Shown here one piece after another: positions 20,342 to 29,443 of a stretch of 64,000 nucleotides of DNA. The first letter of the stretch is position 1. Each line of letters begins with the position of its first letter. The notes below the pieces were generated by a model, which saw only the letters and a list, made by a program, of their open reading frames with translations, was not told the origin of the DNA and searched no databases. The DNA is taken from positions 18,150 to 82,149 of the forward strand of contig CAWFXK010000017.1 of the NCBI GenBank assembly GCA_963819725.1, written 5' to 3'. Origin of the DNA: an uncultured Acidobacteriaceae bacterium. GTDB taxonomy: Bacteria > Acidobacteriota > Terriglobia > Terriglobales > Acidobacteriaceae. The position numbers were made by a program, and so were the translations under genes.

Positions 20342-20695
20342 ATGAAGTTCGGATCCTTGGTGATACCCTGTCTGGCTTTGTTAACAAATGCCGCCAGTTC
20401 AAACCAAGACCGATCCGAAGAGAAATTTCGGAAAGTCAGTTATCTGGCTGTGTACCTCTCCGCCGACGAGAGTTTCGAAGATGCCGAAAAGGTTGTGACA
20501 ACCAACATATCTCCCAGCGGATGCTTTGTGTACAGCGCACGGGAGTGGGAACCTGGCAGTCGTGTTTGGCTAATCTTTTTCGGCGATGAGGCTGTCGTTT
20601 GCGGTACTGTCTGCTCTTCACTACCGTGGGGTAACAATAAACTCCTCCCCGGCATTGGCATCAGGCTCGACACAAGTATCCCCCAATTCGGGTAA
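20342..20695 (+). CDS. PilZ domain-like protein (start uncertain: ATG 20342, TTG 20303 or GTG 20231)
   Basis: EKFRKV...TTNISPSGCFVYS...GTVCSSLPWGNNKLLPGIGIRLD resembles the PilZ RxxxR / (D/N)xSxxG pattern. Visibly more AT-rich than its neighbours. Confidence 0.5.
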   Translation: MKFGSLVIPCLALLTNAASSNQDRSEEKFRKVSYLAVYLSADESFEDAEKVVTTNISPSGCFVYSAREWEPGSRVWLIFFGDEAVVCGTVCSSLPWGNNKLLPGIGIRLDTSIPQFG

Positions 20696-20730
20696 CTTGA
20701 GACGTTTCGCGGTCTGAGCCCGCAGCCGAA

Positions 20731-20783
20731 ATCCTGACCCTGAGCGAGTCGCCGAAGGCGGCGAGTCGAATGGGGAAGGATCT
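20731..20783. repeat. REP-like element ATCCTGACCCTGAGCGAGTCGCCGAAGGCGGCGAGTCGAATGGGGAAGGATCT
   Basis: Shares the ACCCTGAGC...GAAGG core with 18291-18323. Lies between the PilZ gene and tRNA-Leu. Confidence 0.55.
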
Positions 20784-20787
20784 CTTA

Positions 20788-20877
20788 TGGTGCCCGGAGG
20801 GGGACTTGAACCCCCACGACCCTTTTAAGATCTGCGGATTTTAAGTCCGCTGCGTCTGCCAATTTCGCCATCCGGGC
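20788..20877 (-). tRNA. tRNA-Leu (anticodon TAA), CCA encoded
   Basis: The minus strand reads GCCCGGATGGCGAAATTGGCAGACGCAGCGGACTTAAAATCCGC...GGTTCAAGTCCCCCTCCGGGCACCA. It has a 7-bp acceptor stem, anticodon loop CTTAAAA and a long variable arm. Confidence 0.9.
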
Positions 20878-20888
20878 TCAACCTTATC

Positions 20889-22898
20889 CTAGCCCGCCCC
20901 GGCCAGCGCCGCCGCCCCCGCCCCCAACTCCGCCGACTCGGCCTCGCCCTCGACCCGCGTCAAAGTCAGCACCGTAATGTCATCCGCCTGCCCGAACCGC
21001 AGCGCCGCCTCGGCAATCGTATCCGCCGTTTCCCCACTGATCGCCTGCGTGCGTGCAAACCCAAACAACTCCCCGCGCGCGTCCCTCGCCTCCACTACCC
21101 CGTCGGAGAGCAGCGTCAGCCGGTCCCCCTCCTCCAACCGAAACCCATGCTCCGCGTACTTCTTCTCCGGGGCCAGCCCCAGCGGCAGATCCGGCTCCAG
21201 CAGCAGCATCTCTTCCCCGTTCCAATACGGCGGCAGATGTCCGGCATTCGCCACCGTCACCTCGCCCCGCGGCGTCATCCGCGCGCACAGGCAAGTCACA
21301 AATCCCTCCTGTCCTGTTTCCGTCAGCTGCCGGTTGAGCCGTGTCAGCACCGCGCCCGGTCCCAGCCCTTCACCCGCCAGCGCCCGCAGAGCGCCCATCG
21401 CCAGCGTGCCCGTCATGGCCGCCTTCAGTCCCTTGCCGCTCACATCGCCCACCACCACCAGGCTCGCGCCTTCCGTCTCCAGCACCTGGTAGAAGTCCCC
21501 GCCCACCTCCTCAGCCGGAAAATACGCCGCCTCCACCTCGTATCCCTCGACCTGTGGCAAAGTCTCCGGCACCAGCCGCCGCTGGATATCCCGCGCTGCT
21601 GACAGCTCCGCCGAAGTCCGCGCCTGCTCGCGGCTCACGCGCGTGAAGCGGAAGAACATGATCACCCCAATCGCGAGCACAAACAGGAAATTCGCCAGAT
21701 CCGTTGGCTGCAGAGGAATTCTTCCGAAATAAACAGGATTCACCAGAAATCCCAGCCCACCCAGCCCTGTGAACGTCGACGCCGATCCGATGTCGTACAG
21801 AGCCGTCGTCGCTGTCGGCAGAAGGCTCGGCAGAATCAGCCACCCCGCTTCGCGATTGCCCCGCCGATACCACACCAGCAGCAGCACCGGCAGGATCAGG
21901 GCCGCCGGCAAGATTAGCAGCGCCTCCACGATTAGATACGCCGTCGCCGGCATAACTCCGGCATAGAGCGACGCCGTCATCGCCAGCGCCAGCACCAGTG
22001 CCACTTCATACAGCCGCCATCCTCGCCCCACGCGCTGTCCGGCGAAACTGAATGTGAACTCGATCTGCATGATCGTGAAGAAGTAGATCAGCGGATCGGC
22101 CCCCAGATTGTTCCACGCCAGCGGCAGCACCCCGTTCACCGAGCAGGCCAACAGCAGGTTAGAGCAGCCCAGCAGCAACAGGTAAAACCCAAGCCAACGA
22201 TATTCGCGGTGTGTGCGCTGGTTGCGGAACAGCGCAAAGGCCCCAAGCCCCGCCAGGATCACGACCAGATTGATGGCAATGGACGGCACTGCCGCATAGA
22301 GCCGCCCGCTCTCCAGCGAAAGACGATCGTCATCGATCCCGCCCGGCGTCCCCAGCGCAGCCGTCAAAAACAGCGGCAAATGCCAGGTCGTGTAGTTGGA
22401 GTTGCCGTACGTCCGCAGCGCGATCGTCAGCTCCGTGCCCTCGATATGCAGCGGAAACACCTGCTCCGTCGGACGCGTGGTCTTCAGCCATGACAGCCAC
22501 GCCCCCTCCTGCTTCACCCCGTTGACGTACACCTCGTAGGTGCCTTTACCCCCGGCCAGCAGCAGGTGCAGGTGGTCATGGCCGGGTGCCAGTCTCACGT
22601 GCAGCCGATACCACCGCCAGCCGGGCTGCGCCGGTCCCAGATCGTCCAGATCGATGTTCTCCCATCCGCTGTCGTCGAAGTCCGGCTCTGCCCACGCCGG
22701 GTCATCCCCGTCATGCTCGCGCCACCCGGGAAGCAGTTTCACAATGCCTGTGCGCCACTGGGTGGCATCCAGGCTAGCCGTCGGCGGACCCAATCCCCCT
22801 TCCGCGGTGGCCTGCGCGAACGCGCCCGCTGCCGCCGTCAGCAGCCACACGACCGCCAGCAGTGCGAGCCACCTCCGTTCTGGCAGCGGCCACCTCAA
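20889..22898 (-). CDS. membrane sensor (7TM-DISM-like) fused to a PP2C/SpoIIE serine phosphatase
   Basis: Signal peptide, extracellular domain, about 7 hydrophobic helices, then EEVGGDFYQV...VVVGDVSGKGLKAAM...LLSDGVVEA phosphatase motifs. Confidence 0.85.
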   Translation of the reverse strand: MRWPLPERRWLALLAVVWLLTAAAGAFAQATAEGGLGPPTASLDATQWRTGIVKLLPGWREHDGDDPAWAEPDFDDSGWENIDLDDLGPAQPGWRWYRLHVRLAPGHDHLHLLLAGGKGTYEVYVNGVKQEGAWLSWLKTTRPTEQVFPLHIEGTELTIALRTYGNSNYTTWHLPLFLTAALGTPGGIDDDRLSLESGRLYAAVPSIAINLVVILAGLGAFALFRNQRTHREYRWLGFYLLLLGCSNLLLACSVNGVLPLAWNNLGADPLIYFFTIMQIEFTFSFAGQRVGRGWRLYEVALVLALAMTASLYAGVMPATAYLIVEALLILPAALILPVLLLVWYRRGNREAGWLILPSLLPTATTALYDIGSASTFTGLGGLGFLVNPVYFGRIPLQPTDLANFLFVLAIGVIMFFRFTRVSREQARTSAELSAARDIQRRLVPETLPQVEGYEVEAAYFPAEEVGGDFYQVLETEGASLVVVGDVSGKGLKAAMTGTLAMGALRALAGEGLGPGAVLTRLNRQLTETGQEGFVTCLCARMTPRGEVTVANAGHLPPYWNGEEMLLLEPDLPLGLAPEKKYAEHGFRLEEGDRLTLLSDGVVEARDARGELFGFARTQAISGETADTIAEAALRFGQADDITVLTLTRVEGEAESAELGAGAAALAGAG

Positions 22899-23051
22899 GG
22901 CAAATCCTTCCTCATGGCTATCGCGGATATTCGCAGGGGCCCTCAGTCTATCGTCCGCCCTTCCAGCCCATCAACAAATCTCCGCGCCCCGACCTCAGCC
23001 AGCCAACAACCTGGTGACGTATGCCCCGCACCCCATATCTAATGGAAAGCA

Positions 23052-24116
23052 ATGCGATCGCTCCGATTCATCCCGGCCGCTCTGTTACTAGTCCTCCTCC
23101 TTGCAGGGGCCGTGCCCTTCGGGTCCTCCCAGGAGCGAAAGAGCATTAACCCTTCGAGCGCGCCGAAAAACATCAATAAGAAGCGCCTCATCCTGAAAGA
23201 CGGCTCCTACCAAATCGTCACCCAGTGGGAAGTGAAGAAGGACCGCGTGCGCTACTTCAGCGCCGAACGTGCCGAGTGGGAAGAAGTTCCCTCTAACCTT
23301 ATCGACTGGCCCGCTACCGAGAAGTGGAACAAGGACCACGAAAACGGCGAGCCCGCGCCCGGTGCGTCGATCGTTCCCACCACGCCGCCGCCCACCCACG
23401 AGCAGGAGCAGAAGGAAGCCGCCGCCATCGACGCCGCAGCGGCCGCCGAGCGCGCCGACCAGCAGGCTCGCATCCCTCTCGTCGCCCCCGGCCTCCATTT
23501 GCCCGACCGCGACGGCATCTTCATCCTCGATAACTTCCAGAGCATCCCCGAACTCGTCCACGTCGACCAGAGCACCGGCAATGTCAACCGGGACCAGAAC
23601 CATAATGTCCTGCGCGCCGCCATCGGCTCCTTCAGCGGTGCGAAGGAACCGGTCCGCATCAACGGCCAGGCCGCCCGCGTTCGCGTCCACGTGGAGGACC
23701 CCGTCCTCTACGTCTCGCTCAACACCGGCAACTCCGAGGAGGTCGCGCCCGAAGACGCGATGATGGTCAACACCCACGAAGCCAATTCACAAAACAAGGA
23801 CGATTACAGTTCGCCCGACAGCCACTACGCTATCGTTCGCGTTGACGTTCGTCCCGGCGAGCGCGTCATCGGGGCTCTGCGCATCAACCGTGCCGGCGAC
23901 GCCACACAGTCCGCCGACATTATCCCCACGAAGGCTGAAATCCTGCCCGGCAAACACTGGATGAAGCTCACCCCCAAAGAACCCCTCCCCATCGGCGAGT
24001 ACGCGTTGATGGAAATCATCCAGCCTGGCGTCATCAACCTCGATGTATGGGATTTTGGCGTCTCCCCCAACGCCCCCGAGAATAAGCACCCCATCACGCC
24101 GGTGAAGGACGAGTAG
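23052..24116 (+). CDS. hypothetical secreted protein
   Basis: Signal peptide MRSLRFIPAALLLVLLLAGAVPFGSSQ. No domain recognised. Confidence 0.6.
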   Translation: MRSLRFIPAALLLVLLLAGAVPFGSSQERKSINPSSAPKNINKKRLILKDGSYQIVTQWEVKKDRVRYFSAERAEWEEVPSNLIDWPATEKWNKDHENGEPAPGASIVPTTPPPTHEQEQKEAAAIDAAAAAERADQQARIPLVAPGLHLPDRDGIFILDNFQSIPELVHVDQSTGNVNRDQNHNVLRAAIGSFSGAKEPVRINGQAARVRVHVEDPVLYVSLNTGNSEEVAPEDAMMVNTHEANSQNKDDYSSPDSHYAIVRVDVRPGERVIGALRINRAGDATQSADIIPTKAEILPGKHWMKLTPKEPLPIGEYALMEIIQPGVINLDVWDFGVSPNAPENKHPITPVKDE

Positions 24117-24118
24117 GC

Positions 24119-24146
24119 AGCGTTCAGCGAATAGCGGATAGCGTCT
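24119..24146. repeat. heptamer array AGCGTTC/AGCGAAT/AGCGGAT/AGCGTCT
   Basis: Same AGCG-heptamer family as 5636-5663. Starts 3 nt after the stop at 24116. Confidence 0.8.
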
Positions 24147-24161
24147 GACAGGCCATCCTTC

Positions 24162-24539
24162 TCATAACCTCGCTATCATCGCGGTCAGCATCTTCCCCAC
24201 TTCGTTCGATAGGTCTGTTGCCGATCCAACCGCGGTGAGGTCGCCGAATCCGAGCCTTTCCGCAATGGTCAGCTGCGTCTGAAGCTCGAGATTGGACCCC
24301 TGCGCGATACCCAGGAAGTGTCGGTATTGCTCTTTTGAGAGGCGACCGTATCCTTCGGCGATATTGCTCGGGATCGAGACACTCGCCCGCCGCAACTGGT
24401 TCGTCAATCCATAGACTTCGGTTCGGGGAAATACATCGGTGGCAGCGTAGGTCGCCACGCATAAGTCGATGGCACGTTGCCAGACGAGCAGATCGCGATG
24501 AGATTGCGTGCTTCGTCCGGCCATATCCGATATGTACAC
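24162..24539 (-). CDS. four-helix-bundle protein (23S rRNA intervening-sequence protein / S23-like family)
   Basis: LLVWQRAIDLCVATY...GLTNQLRRASVSIPSNIAEGYGR...FLGIAQGSNLELQTQL is the family signature. More AT-rich than the flanks. Confidence 0.85.
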   Translation of the reverse strand: MYISDMAGRSTQSHRDLLVWQRAIDLCVATYAATDVFPRTEVYGLTNQLRRASVSIPSNIAEGYGRLSKEQYRHFLGIAQGSNLELQTQLTIAERLGFGDLTAVGSATDLSNEVGKMLTAMIARL

Positions 24540-24603
24540 GATCGGAAAGGCCTACGCAGCGTGCCCTTCGTAACTTGGTCGTGGCCGGCGGCCTTTGGTT
24601 AGA

Positions 24604-24624
24604 CGCTATACGCTAACCGCTATA
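24604..24624. repeat. heptamer array CGCTATA/CGCTAAC/CGCTATA (inverted relative to 24119-24146)
   Basis: Reverse complement of the AGCG heptamers, on the other side of the four-helix-bundle gene. Confidence 0.75.
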
Positions 24625-24631
24625 GGCTCGC

Positions 24632-25195
24632 CTACCCCGCCTTCTGCAAGCTCGCCAAAGCCGCCAGCACATCCGCGCTGTGCACATTCGGATCGACCTT
24701 TGTCCACACCTTCACAACCTTTCCGGTGGGATCGATCAAAAACGTGTTCCGCATCGCGATCACCATCGGCCCAAAGTTCCCCAGCGACCCGTACTGCGTA
24801 ACGACCTTCTTCTCCGGATCGGCCAGCAGATTGAACGTCAGCGAATCCTTCGTGCAGAACTGCTTGTGACTGTCCACCGTGTCCACGCTCACACCCAGAA
24901 TCACGGCGTTCATCGCCTGGTACTTGTCCAGATCGGCCTGGAATTTGTGCGCCTCGATAGTGCAGCCCGTGGTCATGTCCTTCGGATAGAAGTACAGCAC
25001 CACCCACTTGCCTTTGTAGCTGTCGAGGCTCACCTGCTGACCCTCCTGGTTCGGCAGCGTAAAGGTCGGCGCCGCCTGGCCCACTTCGGGTATGGGCCCG
25101 TTATCGGCAGCGAACGTGCGCTGAATGATGAATCCTGCAACGACCAGAACGACAACGACACCTGCAACGATCCCGAAAATCTTCGACATACTCAT
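24632..25195 (-). CDS. membrane-anchored peroxiredoxin (AhpC/TSA, Bcp-like)
   Basis: N-terminal hydrophobic anchor and FYPKDMTTGCTIEAHKF (peroxidatic Cys). Confidence 0.85.
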   Translation of the reverse strand: MSMSKIFGIVAGVVVVLVVAGFIIQRTFAADNGPIPEVGQAAPTFTLPNQEGQQVSLDSYKGKWVVLYFYPKDMTTGCTIEAHKFQADLDKYQAMNAVILGVSVDTVDSHKQFCTKDSLTFNLLADPEKKVVTQYGSLGNFGPMVIAMRNTFLIDPTGKVVKVWTKVDPNVHSADVLAALASLQKAG

Positions 25196-25312
25196 TTCTC
25201 CTTTTGCGTGACGCGCGTGCGAGGCCTGGGTATTTTCGACTTATCTGGACTTATCAATACGAAAACGCTGCTGCTGAAAACCGATTAGGAAAATCGAACC
25301 CGGCAGGATCCT

Positions 25313-25383
25313 GTTTTGAAGGGGCACGGCTTGAGCCGTACCGTCAACCGCGCAGAACACCCCCGGCTTTAGCCGCTGAGGGA
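25313..25383. repeat. two-hairpin dispersed element, copy B
   Basis: TTTTGAAGGGGCACGGCTTGAGCCGTACC...CGGCTTTAGCCGCTGAGGG aligns with 53336-53408. Confidence 0.65.
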
Positions 25384-25427
25384 TGGTTTTCACGATTCTC
25401 CATTCTCCTCTCCGGCGTGCTCGACCA

Positions 25428-26282
25428 TTATCCGTGTTCCAGGCCGATTACCGCAATTCCCGCCCCATCCGCCGCCGCCCGCACCGCCTCGAGATCGAAA
25501 ATCAGCGTGTTGTGCGCTTCGAGCGCCAAACAAGTAGCCCCAGCCACTCGCATCGCTGCAATCGTGCCAATCCCGATCACCGGCACATCGAACCGCAAAT
25601 CCTGTCGCGGCTTCGCCACCTTCACCACCGTCAAACTCCGCTCGAGCGTGGACGCTTCGTCCGCCAGACTCCGCATTAACTCGCCCGCTCGCGTAATCGT
25701 CGCGTCCGTCCCCTCCATCGCCTCCACCGCCACGCACGCCTGCGCCGCGATCACCACCGTCTGCCCCAGATCCCACGTCGCCAGCCCGCGCGCCACCTCT
25801 CGCCCATACTTGATGTCCCGCTGCTCCTGATCGTTCGGCCCCCGCGCCGTCAATACTCCTGGCTGCACCAGCAGCGGCTCCAGATATGTCGTCGATGAGA
25901 TCAGTTCGATCCCCTCATCGCCCAGCACCTTCGCGACCGCCCCCAGCAGCATGTCCGTATTCCGCGTCCGCAGCGAAAGCAGCAGCTTCGCCAGTCGCCA
26001 GTCCGGACGGATGCTGGAGAAGATCTGCTTGTGCTTCACCTGGCCGGCCATCACCGCCTTGTGAACGCCTTCGGCGTGGAACGTCTCGATTAATCGCGAC
26101 AGCTCCCCGAGCGATAGCCAGTGCACACGCACACCCGCATCGGCCGCAGCGCGCGCATCCATCTCTGGATCGGTTTCCTCCTTGATTGCCGCGACCACAA
26201 CTTCCGTCCCGTGCGCCCGCGCCGCGTCCAGCAGAAGAAACGGGAAGCGTCCGTTGCCGGCAATCAATCCCAGCTTGTCCAT
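25428..26282 (-). CDS. lpxI: UDP-2,3-diacylglucosamine diphosphatase LpxI (DUF1009 family)
   Basis: MDKLGLIAGNGRFPFLLLDAAR... and the C-terminal FDVPVIGIGTI region are typical of LpxI. Confidence 0.8.
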   Translation of the reverse strand: MDKLGLIAGNGRFPFLLLDAARAHGTEVVVAAIKEETDPEMDARAAADAGVRVHWLSLGELSRLIETFHAEGVHKAVMAGQVKHKQIFSSIRPDWRLAKLLLSLRTRNTDMLLGAVAKVLGDEGIELISSTTYLEPLLVQPGVLTARGPNDQEQRDIKYGREVARGLATWDLGQTVVIAAQACVAVEAMEGTDATITRAGELMRSLADEASTLERSLTVVKVAKPRQDLRFDVPVIGIGTIAAMRVAGATCLALEAHNTLIFDLEAVRAAADGAGIAVIGLEHG

Positions 26283-26296
26283 AACTTCTGCTGCGC

Positions 26297-29272
26297 CTAC
26301 TTCGCCTTTGCCAGGTGATCGAAGTTCAGAATCGCATTGAACACCAGCGCGTAGCTCCCAATTGTCTCGCCACGATAGATCGGGTTGTTCGCGAACAGAA
26401 GCACGTTGCCCTGACCATAATGCGCGTCCACCACGATCGGCTTCTCCTCGATCGAACTGCCACCCTCCAGCAGGCCCGACAGCAAAAGCCCCTTCGACGA
26501 AGTGAAGCGCAAAATCACATCTGGCTTGTACTGCTCCGGGATCACGTAAGGATTGTCGCGCGCCTCCTCCTCATTCAGTGGAGTCGCTTCCCAGGGCTTC
26601 GGCGAAGGCAGTGGCTCGGGCTCCACCGCTGCGCGTCCCTGCGGAATATCTTCGTCCTGCGGACCGCCCCGCCCTGTCGCGCGGTGATAATCCTTCTCTG
26701 TCTCGATATGTCGCGGCACCGTCATGTTCCCGACGGTGAAGGCCATCCCGTCGGCGCTATACACAGCAAGATTGTCACCGTAGCCCCACGCCACCGGGCT
26801 CTTGTGATCGACAAACTGCGCCGCCAGCACGCTGCCGACCACCTTGACGCTGCCACCGTGATTCACAAACACTCCCGGCGCCATCCCCTCGTCAATCGCG
26901 AACTGCGCCGTATCCTCTGACGTAATCAGCAACCCACCCTTCGCAACGAAATCCTTGAGGTGTTCGACTCCCTCGAGTCCGAGCCCCGGCCGCATATCGT
27001 CCGTCGAATCGATCCGCCCCAGGTTCGGTGTCAGCTCCGTCTTCTGCCACGGCAGCGCATTCCCCCACATCGGCATCCCGTTCACAATTTGCTGTGTGCC
27101 CGACCGCCCCACCGGTGCAAAGATGATCACGTCGTACTTCGAACGCAGATCGCCCTCGTGCGACACAGTTTGTGTCGAGATGTAGTCGTACGGCACATGC
27201 AGCTTGTCGAGTGCTTCGCGCCACCAGCCCTCGGTCTGCGTCCCGCTCCACGTGTGCATCATCGCGATCCGCGGCGCCGGAGCATCGTGCATCGCCACTG
27301 ACGGTGCCGATGTAAGGTTCACAGCTTCGAGGTCGGCGTTTTGAATCGCAGTTTGCACTCCAGCTGTGCTCTCGCCCTGAATCACCAGAGACCCGGCGCC
27401 AAAGTGCTTTCCTCCAGCATCGAACGCCTGCTCCGCGACGGAAATCTTCGCGTCCTTCAGCGTGTACCGAAGTCCCAGCAGCGAAATGTCCCCAGCGTTA
27501 TTGATCGCAGCAAGCTGGCAGCAGCTCCCGCCACTTCCCGGTGGCACGCCCATCTTCGCCTTCAAAATCGAGCCGTCCGTGACCCGCACAGTCGGCACCC
27601 CAAATAAATCCGGAAACGACCAACCCGTGTCGTCGTACGGATGCTTTTGCGGGTCATCCGGAGCCCAGTACTGCCGATCCAGCAGCGCATCGGCGATCCG
27701 CGAATACGGCTGATCCATCCGGATCACGTAACTCCCCGCAGGAAACGTTTGCGTCTTTGGCGTTTCGGCCTTGTCCTTATCGCCCTTCGCCGCATCGTCA
27801 GCCTTCTTCGCCACGACCTTATTTGTAACCGTCGCAGCCTCCGACAGCCGGCTGACCTCCACATGCTGCAGCCCCAGCACGCGCAGCAACTCCGCGACCC
27901 GGCTCGGCGACTGCCCATCCGCGGAAATCACATACGCGGCCGGCCCTGAGGTTTCCGGTTTCTCCACGCTCCGCTTTGCCTTCAGGTAGTAGTTTTCCAG
28001 CCATTGCGGGCTGTTCTGGGCGAAATACGACAGCGTCGTCAGCAGCGCTGTCTCTTCGTAGTTGTTGTTATTGCGCTGCGACCACTCCACCACTGGCAGC
28101 GGCGGATTCTGCTTGTACCAGGTCCGCTCATATTCATCCGGCGCCAGAATCCGCTTCTCAGTATCCGCCCCGCCATTCCCAAACGTCTCGTATAGCCGGC
28201 TTATCCCGTTGTGCATCGCCGCCAGAAACATCAGATACCCCGGACTCCACGTGTCGAAATCTCCGTGCGTGAACACACCCGGCATTCCGAACTCCGTCAT
28301 CTGCTGTACGTTGTTCCACCCAATCTGCGCCCACTCGCCAGCCAGAATCGGATCGATCCACGCGTTATAAGGCCCATCGCCCACCGTGTTGTCGTAGAGG
28401 AACGGAACGGATTCGTGGAGATCATGCAGCACCTGCGCATGCCAGTCCAGATAGGTGTTCAGCACGTTGCGCGTCAGGTCCAGCGTCATCCCCATCGCAT
28501 CGCGATTGTTATCGTGCGCTACGTAGTGCCCCCAGTACACCAACCGCGGCCAGTTTTGCCCCGGGTGGGCCAGGTGCCACTTGTAGATGTCCACCATGCG
28601 GTCGCGCCCATCCACCTCTACCACCGGCGTGATCAGCACAATCATGTGCGAGCGAATGTATTTGATGTACGGCGAATCGTCCACCGCCAGCCGATACGCC
28701 AGCTCCATCAGCGCGGTCGGCGCCCCCGTCTCCGGCGAATGAATCGTCCCCGTGATGTAGTACACCGGAAACGACTGCTTCACCAGCTCCGCCGCCGCCT
28801 TATCGTCCAGATGAATCGTCCGCGGATCGGCCAGCTTCGCCAACCGCGCATCGTTGTCCTTCTGCTTCGCCAGCAGCGACTCATCCGCAATCGCCACCGC
28901 AATCATCTCGCGGCCCTCTTCCGTGTGCCCGATCGTATACACCTTCACCCGCGGCGTGCTCGCCGCCAGCAACCGAAAGTACTTATAGACATCCTCCGCA
29001 TACGGCAGGATCCCCGGCGCGCCCGACACGTCCCCCAGCACCTTCGCCGGAGTCGGCACGGTCTTCGACGCAGGCAGATATTCCGTCAGCGGTGAATTGA
29101 AATACGGCTCCGTCGTGTACTTCTTAATGTGCGCGGTGTAATCCTGATCCACCGGCTGTTGCGCGTCGCGCGCATAGGTCGAGCTGATCGCGGTCTGCGC
29201 CCGAAGCGGCAACGCGGCAAAGCAGGAAACGGAAGCAAGCAGCAAGAATGGCAGACAGCGACGAGTCTTCAT
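26297..29272 (-). CDS. large secreted M14-like zinc carboxypeptidase family protein
   Basis: Signal peptide MKTRRCLPFLLLASVSCFAALPLRAQ from ATG 29272, and TGTIHSPETGAPTALMELAYRL (HxxE zinc motif). Confidence 0.7.
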   Translation of the reverse strand: MKTRRCLPFLLLASVSCFAALPLRAQTAISSTYARDAQQPVDQDYTAHIKKYTTEPYFNSPLTEYLPASKTVPTPAKVLGDVSGAPGILPYAEDVYKYFRLLAASTPRVKVYTIGHTEEGREMIAVAIADESLLAKQKDNDARLAKLADPRTIHLDDKAAAELVKQSFPVYYITGTIHSPETGAPTALMELAYRLAVDDSPYIKYIRSHMIVLITPVVEVDGRDRMVDIYKWHLAHPGQNWPRLVYWGHYVAHDNNRDAMGMTLDLTRNVLNTYLDWHAQVLHDLHESVPFLYDNTVGDGPYNAWIDPILAGEWAQIGWNNVQQMTEFGMPGVFTHGDFDTWSPGYLMFLAAMHNGISRLYETFGNGGADTEKRILAPDEYERTWYKQNPPLPVVEWSQRNNNNYEETALLTTLSYFAQNSPQWLENYYLKAKRSVEKPETSGPAAYVISADGQSPSRVAELLRVLGLQHVEVSRLSEAATVTNKVVAKKADDAAKGDKDKAETPKTQTFPAGSYVIRMDQPYSRIADALLDRQYWAPDDPQKHPYDDTGWSFPDLFGVPTVRVTDGSILKAKMGVPPGSGGSCCQLAAINNAGDISLLGLRYTLKDAKISVAEQAFDAGGKHFGAGSLVIQGESTAGVQTAIQNADLEAVNLTSAPSVAMHDAPAPRIAMMHTWSGTQTEGWWREALDKLHVPYDYISTQTVSHEGDLRSKYDVIIFAPVGRSGTQQIVNGMPMWGNALPWQKTELTPNLGRIDSTDDMRPGLGLEGVEHLKDFVAKGGLLITSEDTAQFAIDEGMAPGVFVNHGGSVKVVGSVLAAQFVDHKSPVAWGYGDNLAVYSADGMAFTVGNMTVPRHIETEKDYHRATGRGGPQDEDIPQGRAAVEPEPLPSPKPWEATPLNEEEARDNPYVIPEQYKPDVILRFTSSKGLLLSGLLEGGSSIEEKPIVVDAHYGQGNVLLFANNPIYRGETIGSYALVFNAILNFDHLAKAK

Positions 29273-29443
29273 CGAACCACAGCCTCGGTCAACAGGGATT
29301 TGCAGCGAACGATGAAGAATAACAGGGACTGGCCGTCCCGGCACACGCGCCTCGTGGCGCCAAACCTCTAATTCCCAAACTCCCTCTGCATCGGGCCGAT
29401 GCCCTTGAGGGCCGCCAGTCCCGTCCGCCTCGGCGGCCAGCCG

